Shown: piece after piece, positions 29,567 through 39,542 of the stretch | How positions within the stretch are numbered: position 1 is the stretch's first letter | Layout of the letters: each line of letters opens with the position of its first letter | IMG/VR virus record: IMGVR_UViG_3300036958_000333 | Location: 128,001-192,000 of that record | From: a virus | Lineage: Duplodnaviria; Caudoviricetes | Reading direction: 5' to 3' (one strand) | Length of the DNA stretch: 64,000 nt | Notes under the pieces: generated by a model | What the model saw: only the letters and a program-made list of their open reading frames with translations | The model's database searches: none | What the model was told of the DNA's origin: nothing | Program-made: the position numbers and the translations under genes

Positions 29567-30451
29567 TTATAAAATTTTATTAATAATATTTAATATCATT
29601 TTACAAGTTTGTTCCATTGTAAAATATTTTATATAATTTTCTCTTAAACTTTTTGACATTTGTTCTATTTTTTCACTAGAAAATGATTTTAAAATATTTG
29701 GTATATCATCTATTTGATCTTCATGAACAAAAACACAAAAATCTTCCCATTTAACTTCATCTATAAATGGAATCCATGGATTATCATAAATATACACTGG
29801 AATAGAACCTACCTGCATAGATTCATATAATCTAAACGAAGTTTGGCCGTATCCTCTTGGACATAGTAAAAACACACTTCTAAAAAGTATTTCCGAATAT
29901 TCTTTTATATTCATGAAATTATTACATCCGGTTTCTACAATAAAATAATTATTTATATTTTTAAATTTATTAAATATTTCTCTTCTCATTTTATGAGTAT
30001 CGCTTCCAACAAAACCAACAAATATATCTTTTTTCATATTTTTATCTATGTGGTTTGTTGGCATAGGATCACATAACAAGGGAATTGGAATATGAGCAAC
30101 ACCTCCTTTATCAAAACCTCCAGCTCCAAATACTATAATATCTAAAAAAGAAATATCATTCATAACTCCATCGGCATTTCTAATTACAGTAAAATACTTT
30201 TTATCTCTTGGTAAATAATCTAAATATTTTTGTAAATCTTTTATTTTTATTTTATCTTTTCCAAAACTATTTGGAACATAATAATCAGTCCAATATAAAG
30301 GCAAATATGATATGTTTTTATCAATTTCTTTTAAATGTTTCTGTACAAATTTATCAAAATATTTTTCTAAATGAGGACCTCTATGATAAGGAGGATTATT
30401 CCATTGAGGAATATTGTTAAATATTTTTGGTACATTTATATATTCTATCAT
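29567..30451 (-). CDS. exostosin (GT47-like) glycosyltransferase
   Basis: FVGS.TH..R, FLLCPRGYGQTSFRLYESMQVGSIPVYI, PF...V.W. Confidence 0.85.
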   Translation of the reverse strand: MIEYINVPKIFNNIPQWNNPPYHRGPHLEKYFDKFVQKHLKEIDKNISYLPLYWTDYYVPNSFGKDKIKIKDLQKYLDYLPRDKKYFTVIRNADGVMNDISFLDIIVFGAGGFDKGGVAHIPIPLLCDPMPTNHIDKNMKKDIFVGFVGSDTHKMRREIFNKFKNINNYFIVETGCNNFMNIKEYSEILFRSVFLLCPRGYGQTSFRLYESMQVGSIPVYIYDNPWIPFIDEVKWEDFCVFVHEDQIDDIPNILKSFSSEKIEQMSKSLRENYIKYFTMEQTCKMILNIINKIL

Positions 30452-30452
30452 A

Positions 30453-31289
30453 TTATGTATTATCCATAATCATCCAATTTTCAGGACATAAATCAAATGT
30501 TTTATCATATGAAGGACTTTTTGGAGTAAACCATTCTTTAGGATTAGGAGTAATTACAATTTTATAAGGATTTCTGTTTAGATAAGCTCCCCACCATGAA
30601 AAAGAAGAATTTGCAATAATATTATTATCACACATCGACATTAAAAATAAATCTATATAATCTGGATTATTTTCTATATACAACATTTCTTTTTCTCTTG
30701 ATGTTATATTATGTTTACACCACTCTATATCGTCACTAAAAACTACATAAAGATCAGTTATACTATTCATTTTTTGCATAGCTTCATTATAATATTCATT
30801 TCCTATAAATGGATGATCATTATCATATAGATAATCCGTTCTTCTAACATGAATAGATGTCGTTTTTCTAGAAAAGATATAATTATATTTATCTAATATA
30901 TTTTGTATTATGTTATCTTTTATTTTAAAAATACTCTTTATAAAAATTTCATCTAAATATTTATAAGATTGATAATATCCATGAAATTTAACATTTCCAC
31001 CATTATAAACTATATTATTATATCTAAATGATTTTTCTAAATAATGATTCCATTTTATTGAATTAAATAAATTACTATCAAATAAAATATCCCATTCAAA
31101 TAAATCACTATATTTCCACGTATTAAATACTAATTTTGTTTTATATTTTTTAGATAACATACAAACATTTGCAATTTGAAACATATTATTTCCAAATCTA
31201 TCTCTAAATTCACATGTTATGTATAATTCTTTTGGATTAGAAACATTGTTTGTTTTTTTATATTTTATAAGTTTTCTATTTATTCTCAT
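30453..31289 (-). CDS. GT11 alpha-1,2-fucosyltransferase-like protein
   Basis: RFGNNMFQ, GYYQSYKY, SIHVRRTDY, VFSDDIEWC, IIANSSFSWWGAYL. Confidence 0.9.
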   Translation of the reverse strand: MRINRKLIKYKKTNNVSNPKELYITCEFRDRFGNNMFQIANVCMLSKKYKTKLVFNTWKYSDLFEWDILFDSNLFNSIKWNHYLEKSFRYNNIVYNGGNVKFHGYYQSYKYLDEIFIKSIFKIKDNIIQNILDKYNYIFSRKTTSIHVRRTDYLYDNDHPFIGNEYYNEAMQKMNSITDLYVVFSDDIEWCKHNITSREKEMLYIENNPDYIDLFLMSMCDNNIIANSSFSWWGAYLNRNPYKIVITPNPKEWFTPKSPSYDKTFDLCPENWMIMDNT

Positions 31290-32089
31290 AAGTCTATTAT
31301 ATTACCAATATTTGTCATTTTAATATTTCTTTCTTCTAAATTTTGATATTGTAATTTATAATTAATATCATCACATTTATCATCTTTCCATTCCTTTTCA
31401 TATTCATGTAAAATATGATAAACTGGACATATTATTTTTTTTATTTTAATACCAGCCATTCCAGCTCTCATAATAAAATCACAATCTTCTCTTCCCCACA
31501 TCAGATATCTCTCATCATATCCACCAATTCTATTTATTAAAGTTATTCTATTATAAAATTGAAAAAATCCTGTAAAATCTTCATTTATACTAACAACATC
31601 ATTTTTTATAATATCTATATCACTTCTATTTTTATTTGATTTAATATTAATACGATTAGTTATGTATATTATATTATCTCCTTTAAACATACAGGGATAT
31701 AATATATTATATAAATTTTTATTTACAAATATATCGCAATCTAATAACAAAACCCAATCATATTTTGCTCTTATTAACCCTATATTTCTAGCATGAGATA
31801 AACAAAATTTATTTTCATTATTATTTCTTTTAGATCTAAATATGTTTAATTTTATATTATCAAAATCATTATTAAATTCATAATAATCATTTTCATATAT
31901 TACTATTATTATTTCACATTTTTGTATTCCAGAAACACAATTTAAATAATGTAAACAATCATATAATTGACTAAATCTACTAGAAGATGTTGGTATAATT
32001 ATACTAAAACTATAATTATCTTTTTTTACAAGATTATAATTATAATCTTGAGATTGTTTGTATTTTATAAGTTTTCTATTTACTTTCAT
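31286..32089 (-). CDS. GT2/GT7C-like glycosyltransferase
   Basis: SIIIP, ARNIG...A..DW.LLLDCD, GGYDERY..WGRED.DF..R. Confidence 0.85.
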   Translation of the reverse strand: MKVNRKLIKYKQSQDYNYNLVKKDNYSFSIIIPTSSSRFSQLYDCLHYLNCVSGIQKCEIIIVIYENDYYEFNNDFDNIKLNIFRSKRNNNENKFCLSHARNIGLIRAKYDWVLLLDCDIFVNKNLYNILYPCMFKGDNIIYITNRINIKSNKNRSDIDIIKNDVVSINEDFTGFFQFYNRITLINRIGGYDERYLMWGREDCDFIMRAGMAGIKIKKIICPVYHILHEYEKEWKDDKCDDINYKLQYQNLEERNIKMTNIGNIIDL

Positions 32090-33041
32090 ATTTTTGTATT
32101 AAATTTTTAAATGCATTAAATATAACATTTTCATTGTTTTTATTCATACATGGTAGTGGAAATTGCTTGTTTTTTTCTTTATAAAAACACGTAGGCCAAT
32201 TCCAACAAGGGCACTTCTCAAAATCACTTGATTTATTTCTATGCATTTCCTGAACTAATATTGATTTTTTGTGATATTTTCCTAATATTTCCGAATCAGT
32301 CCATGGAAAAACTCCAACCGTTGGTATTTCTAATGCTGCAGATAAATGAAACGTCCCTGTGTCCACTGATATAACATAGTCAAACAAACTTATCATACTA
32401 ATAAATTCTTTAATAGATAGACCATATATAGTTAATGAATTTATATTTTTTGATCTTAAACTAGAATCTAAAACACATGGATTGTAGCCTTTACTTTTCA
32501 TTAAATTAATAAGTTTTGCAAGAATATCATCTGGTATATCTTTAGAAACAGAAGCAGATTTTGGACATATTGCTATTTTAGGATTAGCAGTATATTTAAA
32601 CTTATCTATCATTTGTTTTTTCATTAACTCAACTGTATTAATGTCTGGCTTTATACAAAAATCATGATCTATTAATTTTATACCTAATGATAATTCAGCC
32701 CATATATCGCTTCTATGCTTATCTACAAATGGCATTTTTGAAGATTCATATTTTCCACAATCATAAGATATATCACAAACATAACCATATTTATTTAAAT
32801 CCATTTCATTTACATCTAATATTTCGTCAATATATGGATTACTATCTACAAGTTCAAAATAATTTTTAGGTATATAATAAGTAATATGTAATTCTGGATA
32901 TAATGTTTTTATTGTTTTAAATAAGCACATTTGATTTACAATATCTCCAAGTCCACCGTGTCTTCTTATAATTGCTATTTTATTTCTTTTATTAAGTAAT
33001 GTTTTTAATGAATATTTTTTAGAATCATTTTTATATAACAT
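32076..33041 (-). CDS. GT9 (heptosyltransferase-like) glycosyltransferase
   Basis: RHGGLGD, NPYIDE, VISVDTG.FHLSAAL.IPTVG.F. Confidence 0.88.
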   Translation of the reverse strand: MLYKNDSKKYSLKTLLNKRNKIAIIRRHGGLGDIVNQMCLFKTIKTLYPELHITYYIPKNYFELVDSNPYIDEILDVNEMDLNKYGYVCDISYDCGKYESSKMPFVDKHRSDIWAELSLGIKLIDHDFCIKPDINTVELMKKQMIDKFKYTANPKIAICPKSASVSKDIPDDILAKLINLMKSKGYNPCVLDSSLRSKNINSLTIYGLSIKEFISMISLFDYVISVDTGTFHLSAALEIPTVGVFPWTDSEILGKYHKKSILVQEMHRNKSSDFEKCPCWNWPTCFYKEKNKQFPLPCMNKNNENVIFNAFKNLIQKYESK

Positions 33042-33046
33042 ATTGT

Positions 33047-33082
33047 AAATAAAAATACCTCCTAAATATCATAGGAGGTATT
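33047..33082 (-). terminator. intrinsic terminator
   Basis: AATACCTCCTA/TAGGAGGTATT stem followed by a T-rich run on the - strand. Confidence 0.7.
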
Positions 33083-33107
33083 AAAAAAAATTATCAGATT
33101 TTTATAA

Positions 33108-33653
33108 TTATAATAATCCGGCAACTATTACTTGAACACTAGCAGCACTAGAAGATCCAGAAATAGTATTTGATATAATAATATTATTTAATAACAATTC
33201 GCCATTAGAAAATGTCAATGAAGTACTAGAATCTAAATCTATTCTTGCAGAATCAGATCCATTTAAATAAACATATACATCCTGATCAGATTCTATTGTC
33301 ATAAATAATGCTGGTCCATTAAGATCTTTAAAAAAATCAAGCTTTACACTGTCTCCAGCTCCAATAAGTTCATGATAAACTTTTGGATAATTTGGTATAT
33401 TAGTAAAATTTTCAGAAAACGGTAATCCATCATCTGTAATTAACTCTAATATCGCTTCATCAGCGGCTCTAGATTCTTCTACTCCAGAATCTATTAATCC
33501 TTGATAAGTAAAACGTTTGTAATAGTTAGATCCTGTAAATGTTTCACTTGGATTAATATATTTTATAGCTCCAGCTCCTAACGTTCCATCGCCTTCTCTC
33601 AAAAACCCTTGAACATATAATATTCCACTAGAAATATTTTTAAAAACACTCAT
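33108..33653 (-). CDS. hypothetical protein, probably virion-associated
   Basis: AAGGAG RBS; Gly/Ser-rich beta-type composition like the structural genes. Confidence 0.7.
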   Translation of the reverse strand: MSVFKNISSGILYVQGFLREGDGTLGAGAIKYINPSETFTGSNYYKRFTYQGLIDSGVEESRAADEAILELITDDGLPFSENFTNIPNYPKVYHELIGAGDSVKLDFFKDLNGPALFMTIESDQDVYVYLNGSDSARIDLDSSTSLTFSNGELLLNNIIISNTISGSSSAASVQVIVAGLL

Positions 33654-33739
33654 GTTTAACTCCTTACAGTTAATTTTATATAAATATATATATTATCTAA
33701 AATTAAATATTTAAAAAAAATATTTTATATATAAATTAT

Positions 33740-33958
33740 ATGAAATATAAAGATTGTAAAATTAATCAATTAAGAAAAATACTTTATAATAGTTGTGAAA
33801 AATATTCGATGTATTATGAAAAAGACAGGGATGAGTTTTTAAAGATTTATAATAAAATAACAAGAATGAATAGAGAGAAAATACTTTTAGAATTAAATGT
33901 AAAAGAAAATGACGAGTTAAATGAAAAAACATATAATATTATAAAAAATATTATATAA
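33740..33958 (+). CDS. hypothetical protein
   Basis: 72 aa ORF ending at a terminator. Confidence 0.6.
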   Translation: MKYKDCKINQLRKILYNSCEKYSMYYEKDRDEFLKIYNKITRMNREKILLELNVKENDELNEKTYNIIKNII

Positions 33959-33966
33959 AAAAATAA

Positions 33967-34006
33967 AAAAGGCATAATAAATTATATTTTTTTTATTATG
34001 CCTTTT
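33967..34006. terminator. bidirectional terminator
   Basis: AAAAGGCATAATAAA/TTTATTATGCCTTTT between convergent genes. Confidence 0.75.
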
Positions 34007-34012
34007 AATTTA

Positions 34013-34648
34013 TTAACTATTAGGACATTTCTTGCAAGAAGTAGAATTTGAATCATTATTATTACAATTTGTTGTACTATTACTGGATCCAACATAACAA
34101 TCTTTTTTATCATTACAACTTCCATCTTCACAAGAATCATTAGATTCTTTAGATTCTTTTTGTTTATTTGAAGAAAAAGCTTCTTTTATACTTTTAGATA
34201 TATCAGAAAGATTGTCTTTCCAAGCTTTTTGTCCTTCTTCGTCATTAACATCAGAATTAATATTTTTTATTAATTTTACAAGACCTGTTATTACTGGTAT
34301 TAATGCTGGAATAGATGGTGTTCCACCAGCAGCAGCGGCTCCGGCCGTTACAACTAACGTAGCTATTCCAGAAATAATTGCCCTATTAGCAGCTTTTACT
34401 TTTTCTATTTCTTTTTTATGAGCAATTATATCGGAATCTATTCTAGAATCATCAACTGTTGGTTTAGAAACCGTTACGGGAATAGATACATCTATTCCTT
34501 TTTTAAGATCATCTATGGAACTATCAATTTCTTCATTTTTTATAATATTTTTAGCTAAAATTTCTATTCTTTTTGAATAATCTTCTTGAGATTCTCCGGG
34601 TTTTAATCCATCTAATATAGCATCAATAAATTTTTTTTCTTTGTCCAT
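34013..34648 (-). CDS. membrane-associated protein with Cys-rich tail
   Basis: central hydrophobic hairpin (AIISGIATLVVTAGAAAAGG..IPALIPVITGLV); six Cys in the C-terminus; AAGGAG RBS. Confidence 0.75.
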   Translation of the reverse strand: MDKEKKFIDAILDGLKPGESQEDYSKRIEILAKNIIKNEEIDSSIDDLKKGIDVSIPVTVSKPTVDDSRIDSDIIAHKKEIEKVKAANRAIISGIATLVVTAGAAAAGGTPSIPALIPVITGLVKLIKNINSDVNDEEGQKAWKDNLSDISKSIKEAFSSNKQKESKESNDSCEDGSCNDKKDCYVGSSNSTTNCNNNDSNSTSCKKCPNS

Positions 34649-34660
34649 TTAAATCTCCTT

Positions 34661-35188
34661 TTATTTAGAATTCTGATAATATTTGCTAATTACATCCGTC
34701 AATGATTTTTCTATTTCTTCAGGTATTCCAGAAGCAAAAAAATCTTTTAACAATTGATCTTTTACTGATGCTTCTTCTGTAGCCATACTATTTATAACTT
34801 CTACTGCTCTAGCACCAGCATCTATTTTTTGTGATATAACAATTAATCTAGAAATTTCCGTTTCACTATCTTCTTTTATTTTTTGAATACCAATTATATA
34901 ATTTTGTCCAGCCAAAGCTGATTTTTCAGATATTTCTTTCTGATCTCCAATATATTGTTCCTGAATATCAGACAATACCTTGTCATATTTTTGTTTTAAT
35001 TGAATACATGCTTTTTCTGTTTTTTCAGTAACAATATAATTTATTAAATTAGAAACTTCTTTTGATGCTTCAATTAATTGGGTTTTAGTATCTGTTGCGA
35101 GTTTTGTTCTTATTTCAATAGCTTTTTTACTCGTAGCACATGAACTAAAAGTTATTGATAAAGCAAGAAAAATAATTAATTTTTTCAC
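34661..35188 (-). CDS. lipoprotein with coiled coil
   Basis: MKKLIIFLALSITFSSC signal peptide II/lipobox; AAGGAGG RBS. Confidence 0.8.
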   Translation of the reverse strand: MKKLIIFLALSITFSSCATSKKAIEIRTKLATDTKTQLIEASKEVSNLINYIVTEKTEKACIQLKQKYDKVLSDIQEQYIGDQKEISEKSALAGQNYIIGIQKIKEDSETEISRLIVISQKIDAGARAVEVINSMATEEASVKDQLLKDFFASGIPEEIEKSLTDVISKYYQNSK

Positions 35189-35250
35189 ATTATCCTCCTT
35201 ATATAAATTAAATTTATATATTATATTATAGAAAATTTATATAAATAAAT

Positions 35251-35586
35251 TTATTTTACTAAATTATTTTGTAAAAAATTTATAATCTTATGAGGAGTAT
35301 TTTTGTCTTTTATATCAAATTCCAATGAACCAGTATTTTTAGATCCAATTGAAGGTATTAATTTTATTAAAGTTTGATTTTTTCCATTTTTTTTGCAAAC
35401 ATCAAATTTTATATCATAACCTATTTTTTTTAATGCTTCAATAATATTTTCTTTTCCAGTAAGGTTAGAATTATCAATTTTATATAAATGATTTTGTATC
35501 CTTTGAAGGACTTTAATTAAATTATTATTAAATTGTTTGTTTTCTTCTAATATAAAAGATTCTTTAATATCATTTTTGTTTATTGT
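35251..35586 (-). pseudogene. start-less reading frame continuing ORF 35580-36011 in the -1 frame
   Basis: About 111 open codons (TINKNDIKESFILEENKQF...NNLVK*) reachable by adding one A to the A9 run at 35586-35594. Confidence 0.65.
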
Positions 35587-36011
35587 TTTTTTTTATTATT
35601 TTTTTCTTTTTTATCTTTTTTATTATCTTTATTGTCTTTCAAAAATGATTTTAATCTTCCATCATAAATAGATAATTTAGCAAGATCAGTTCCAGATGTT
35701 GTAAACAAATAACCAACAGGATATTGTATTGTTTGCCATCCATTTGCTCTAGCAGATTCTTCTAATGCTCTTGTAAGATCTTCTTGATTTAGTTTAAATT
35801 TAGCGCCATCATTATCTTCTATTGTAATAATTCCAGATTCTTCATTATTATCAATAACTTTATAAATTTTTCTTCCAGGTATTTCTGCAAATATTGAATT
35901 TTCATTTTCGCTTTTTATACCTATAAATGATTCTGGAAAATAAAATTCTGATTCATTAATTAATAAATTACTTATTTTCCATCTAATAAATGAATTCATC
36001 TTTTTTTTCAT
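35580..36011 (-). CDS. hypothetical protein (N-terminal part of a probably frameshifted gene)
   Basis: GAGG RBS; ends just after an A9 run. Confidence 0.75.
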   Translation of the reverse strand: MKKKMNSFIRWKISNLLINESEFYFPESFIGIKSENENSIFAEIPGRKIYKVIDNNEESGIITIEDNDGAKFKLNQEDLTRALEESARANGWQTIQYPVGYLFTTSGTDLAKLSIYDGRLKSFLKDNKDNKKDKKEKNNKKKQ

Positions 36012-36100
36012 AAATTACCTCTTATTATATTAATATAACATTTAATAATATATATAAATATTTTAAATAATTTTAAAATTATTTGTTTAAAATTATAATA

Positions 36101-36292
36101 TTATTCTAATGAACTAGAATCAGAAATAGACCCAGAAATAGTTGGGAAATATGCATCTCCTGATCCATAGCTAAAACTTTTTAAATCATTAGATTTATAT
36201 TTTGAATAATAATTTCTACAAAAACAATATGGATAATATTTTCTTTTTTTTCTTTTTTTAGATTTAGTTATTATATATTTTTTAAATTTCAT
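36101..36292 (-). CDS. small basic hypothetical protein
   Basis: MKFKKYI start (ATG 36292) within ORF-track 36101-36310. Confidence 0.5.
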   Translation of the reverse strand: MKFKKYIITKSKKRKKRKYYPYCFCRNYYSKYKSNDLKSFSYGSGDAYFPTISGSISDSSSLE

Positions 36293-36311
36293 ACTATTAT
36301 ATATTAACAAT

Positions 36312-37781
36312 ATGATTAAAAAATGGATATTAAATAATTTATTTATAAATAATAAATTAAATAAAATTAGATTAAGAAAAGAATATGTTTTAAGTAATAA
36401 AAATTATTTTGATATTATTTATAATAAAACATCATTTTTAGATAATAATTCTTCAATGTCAGAAAGATTATATTGTATTTTAAATAATATAAAATCAAAA
36501 ACGACATGTAAAAATATTAATTGCAATAATAAAGTTAATTATATTAATTTTTACTTAGGATATCATAGATTTTGTTCTACAAGATGTGCATCTAATGATT
36601 TTGATGTTAAACAAAAAGTAATTAAAACATGTAATGAAAAATATGGAAAAAATCATCCTCAATTAAATGATAAAATAAGACAAAAATCTATAAACACTAT
36701 TATTAAAAAATATAAACAAAATAGTTTTTCAAAAACAAAATTATTTAAACAAAAAATGAGAGATAATTGTATTAAAAAATATGGAAAAGATAATTATATG
36801 CATGTAAATCACATAAAAAACAAATTAAAACAAACTAATTTAATTAGATATGGTCATGAAGTTGCTTCTAAAAATATAGAAATAAGAAAAAATATATTAA
36901 AAAGAAGAGTTGATATACCAGAAAATAAATTAGATTTATTGTTTAATAAAAAATGGCTTGAGTATAATCATATTGTTTTAAATAAATCATGTAATGAAAT
37001 ATCAAAAGAAATAGGTATAGATGTAAAAACAATTTATTATAAATTTAAATATTTCAACATTCCAATAAATAAAAATCATAAAAGTAAATATGAAAAAGAA
37101 ATAATAGATTTTTTAAAATCAGAAAATTTAATAAAAAATTCTAGAAATATAATACCACCATATGAACTAGATATTTACTTACCAGATTATAAATTAGCTA
37201 TAGAATTTAATGGATTATATTGGCATTCTAAATTTGATAAAAACTATCATATAAATAAAACAAATTTATGCGAACATAAAGGAATTAAATTATTACATAT
37301 ATTTGAAAATGAATGGATTGATAAATCAAATATATGGAAATCCATTATTAATAATAATTTAAATAAAAATAAACTCATATTAAAACATACTATAAAAAAA
37401 ATATCTGACATTAATATTATAAAAAATTTTATAAATAATAATTCAATATTAGATGTAAAATTAAAAGGTTTATATTTTGGAGTTTATTATTTAAATGATT
37501 TAATAGGAATAGCTATAATAAATAAAAATAATATTAATATTTTTAATAAAATAAATATTGATTTTAATAGAAATAATATAATATATAAAATAATGAATCA
37601 ATATAATATAGATAAATTATATTTAAATCTAAATAGAAGAATATTTTCTAAAATAAACATAAAAAAAGAATATTCATTAACAAAACCTCATAAAATATGT
37701 TTTAATAAAAATAATAAAAATATGATTGAAATATGGGATTGTGGAAATATAATCGTAGAATATAATGAAAATACCGTCTAA
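36312..37781 (+). mobile_element. free-standing homing endonuclease-like gene, copy 3
   Basis: SERLYCILN, GYHRFCS..C, KYG repeats, ELDIYLPDYKLAIEFNGLYWH, IWDCG. Confidence 0.8.
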
Positions 37782-37799
37782 AAATAGACGGTATTTTCA
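37766..37799. terminator. bidirectional terminator
   Basis: TGAAAATACCGTCTA-AAAA-TAGACGGTATTTTCA between convergent genes. Confidence 0.8.
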
Positions 37800-37817
37800 A
37801 AAATATAAATAATGAAA

Positions 37818-38015
37818 TTACTTTACTTTATATATTTTTTCAACTATAACGTCACCCTTGTTCTCTAAAGCAGTTATCTGATCACTAAATTTCTCTTCAG
37901 GTATATCAAGAGTAGACTTCCATGGCAAAGTAATAACATGTGTTCCACCGCCATCTCTTGTTCTTAAAGCTAATTGAATAGGACCGCGTCTTTTATTAGT
38001 TACTCGATAAATCAT
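37818..38015 (-). CDS. small conserved-looking protein downstream of gp15
   Basis: GGAG RBS; 65 aa. Confidence 0.75.
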   Translation of the reverse strand: MIYRVTNKRRGPIQLALRTRDGGGTHVITLPWKSTLDIPEEKFSDQITALENKGDVIVEKIYKVK

Positions 38016-38033
38016 TTTTACTCTCCTGTATAA

Positions 38034-38843
38034 TTATTTGTCATTAGGAGTTTCTCCTTCTTTTACTTCTTGTGTCTGTTCGTCAATAGTATCACTAGGC
38101 ATTAAATCTCCTAATATAACATATTTTTTAGTAATTTGTAAAACCGACTTGTCTCTACGAATTGGTTGAGTTATATGCCCTTCTGCTACAATAGAAAAAG
38201 AATATTTTAATATTCTAACTTGGCTATCCTCTACTTCCATGTTAATGTTATTCGTAGAACCAGTAAGTTTTACAGGAGTTTCCCAAGGAATCCCCTCTAT
38301 AGTTATATATGAAACTAAAGAAAATTTTTGCATTACTTGTTCAACCATTTGCATTAAATGTTCATAATATTTTGACCATAAATTTAATGTATAATTAAAA
38401 TTAACCGGAATACCTTTGGCAAATCTATAAACTACGTCAAAGTTTCTTTTTTCATTACCGTAAGCTCTTTGAATATCAGCTTTATGATATATATAACGAT
38501 TTTCATCTAATGATATATCCCCAGGGTTTAATGCCATGACAGGCAATATAATTCTATCAACCAATCCAGCTTCTTGTCTATCTGGATTTTTAACAAATTG
38601 TTCTCCAAAAACATAAATAGCGGCTCTTTCATGAGAACCAAAAATTATAGGAACAGGATATATTATATCATTGTCTATAATAGTTGTATCAGAAAATAAA
38701 TCCATCATTGCTTTATTTGTATTTCTTATACATTTAGAATACCCATAAATATAATGTCTAGATACATTAGATTTAGGAGTATATATTCTAGGTTTTTGTA
38801 TTTCTGGATTATTTGCAAATGATTTATCTGTTATGTTTGCCAA
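38034..38843 (-). CDS. gp15: tail terminator/sheath stabiliser (gp15-like)
   Basis: VPIIFG..ER, LPVMA, D.NR, PVNFNYTL.LWSK...L.QMVEQ. Confidence 0.8.
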   Translation of the reverse strand: MANITDKSFANNPEIQKPRIYTPKSNVSRHYIYGYSKCIRNTNKAMMDLFSDTTIIDNDIIYPVPIIFGSHERAAIYVFGEQFVKNPDRQEAGLVDRIILPVMALNPGDISLDENRYIYHKADIQRAYGNEKRNFDVVYRFAKGIPVNFNYTLNLWSKYYEHLMQMVEQVMQKFSLVSYITIEGIPWETPVKLTGSTNNINMEVEDSQVRILKYSFSIVAEGHITQPIRRDKSVLQITKKYVILGDLMPSDTIDEQTQEVKEGETPNDK

Positions 38844-38872
38844 TTTATATTTATCCTTTTTATATTACAAAA

Positions 38873-39211
38873 TCAATTAATACCGTCAATTAATTGTATT
38901 AATTGAGATATTATTGGTAATTTACTTAAATTAGGATCAGTTTTTAGCTTAGAAGCAATTTGTTTAACTTTTTCTACATTTGGATTGGTTTGTTGTTGTG
39001 TTTTAACAGGAATATTTATTGCCCCTTGTTTGTTAGAAATATTCTGGTTTTGGGTTTGCTGAAGGGTGTTTGGATTTTGATTTTGAATATTTCCATTTTG
39101 GTTTTGGTTTTGATTATTATTAATAAATTGTTGTTCTAAAAACTTATCATATTTATCTATATATGACTTTAAATCATTATCCATAGTAAAAGATTCTTTT
39201 AAATCAATCAT
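38873..39211 (-). CDS. Gln/Asn-rich hypothetical protein
   Basis: AAGGAG before ATG 39211 (MIDLKESF); low-complexity NQ region. Confidence 0.7.
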   Translation of the reverse strand: MIDLKESFTMDNDLKSYIDKYDKFLEQQFINNNQNQNQNGNIQNQNPNTLQQTQNQNISNKQGAINIPVKTQQQTNPNVEKVKQIASKLKTDPNLSKLPIISQLIQLIDGIN

Positions 39212-39249
39212 TTTTTTTCTCCTTAATAACAATATAATATTATATATTA

Positions 39250-39531
39250 TTATTTTTTTAATAATTCCAATATTTCTTCACTCGGGTTATCAATATATTC
39301 AATAGCGTCTTTATTTTGCAATACTGCTATTTTTTGAACTTCTATTGGACATCTTGGTAAAAACTGCAAAACTAAACCATTTAAACTTGCTGCTAATTTT
39401 TGTAATTCAATAGAAGGATAAGTCAAATATCTTATATTATATGGATCTTGTTTTATTAGTTGTTCTTTATCTTTTTCTTTTAATTCGTCGTATTCTCTCA
39501 TTTCATTTATATATTGATTAAAACTTTTCAT
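39250..39531 (-). CDS. helical-repeat protein with capsid-targeting-like N-terminus
   Basis: MKSFNQYINE; PS.ELQ.LA, EVQKIAV, YIDNPSEE repeats like 9019-9849. Confidence 0.75.
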   Translation of the reverse strand: MKSFNQYINEMREYDELKEKDKEQLIKQDPYNIRYLTYPSIELQKLAASLNGLVLQFLPRCPIEVQKIAVLQNKDAIEYIDNPSEEILELLKK

Positions 39532-39542
39532 TATTATCTCCT

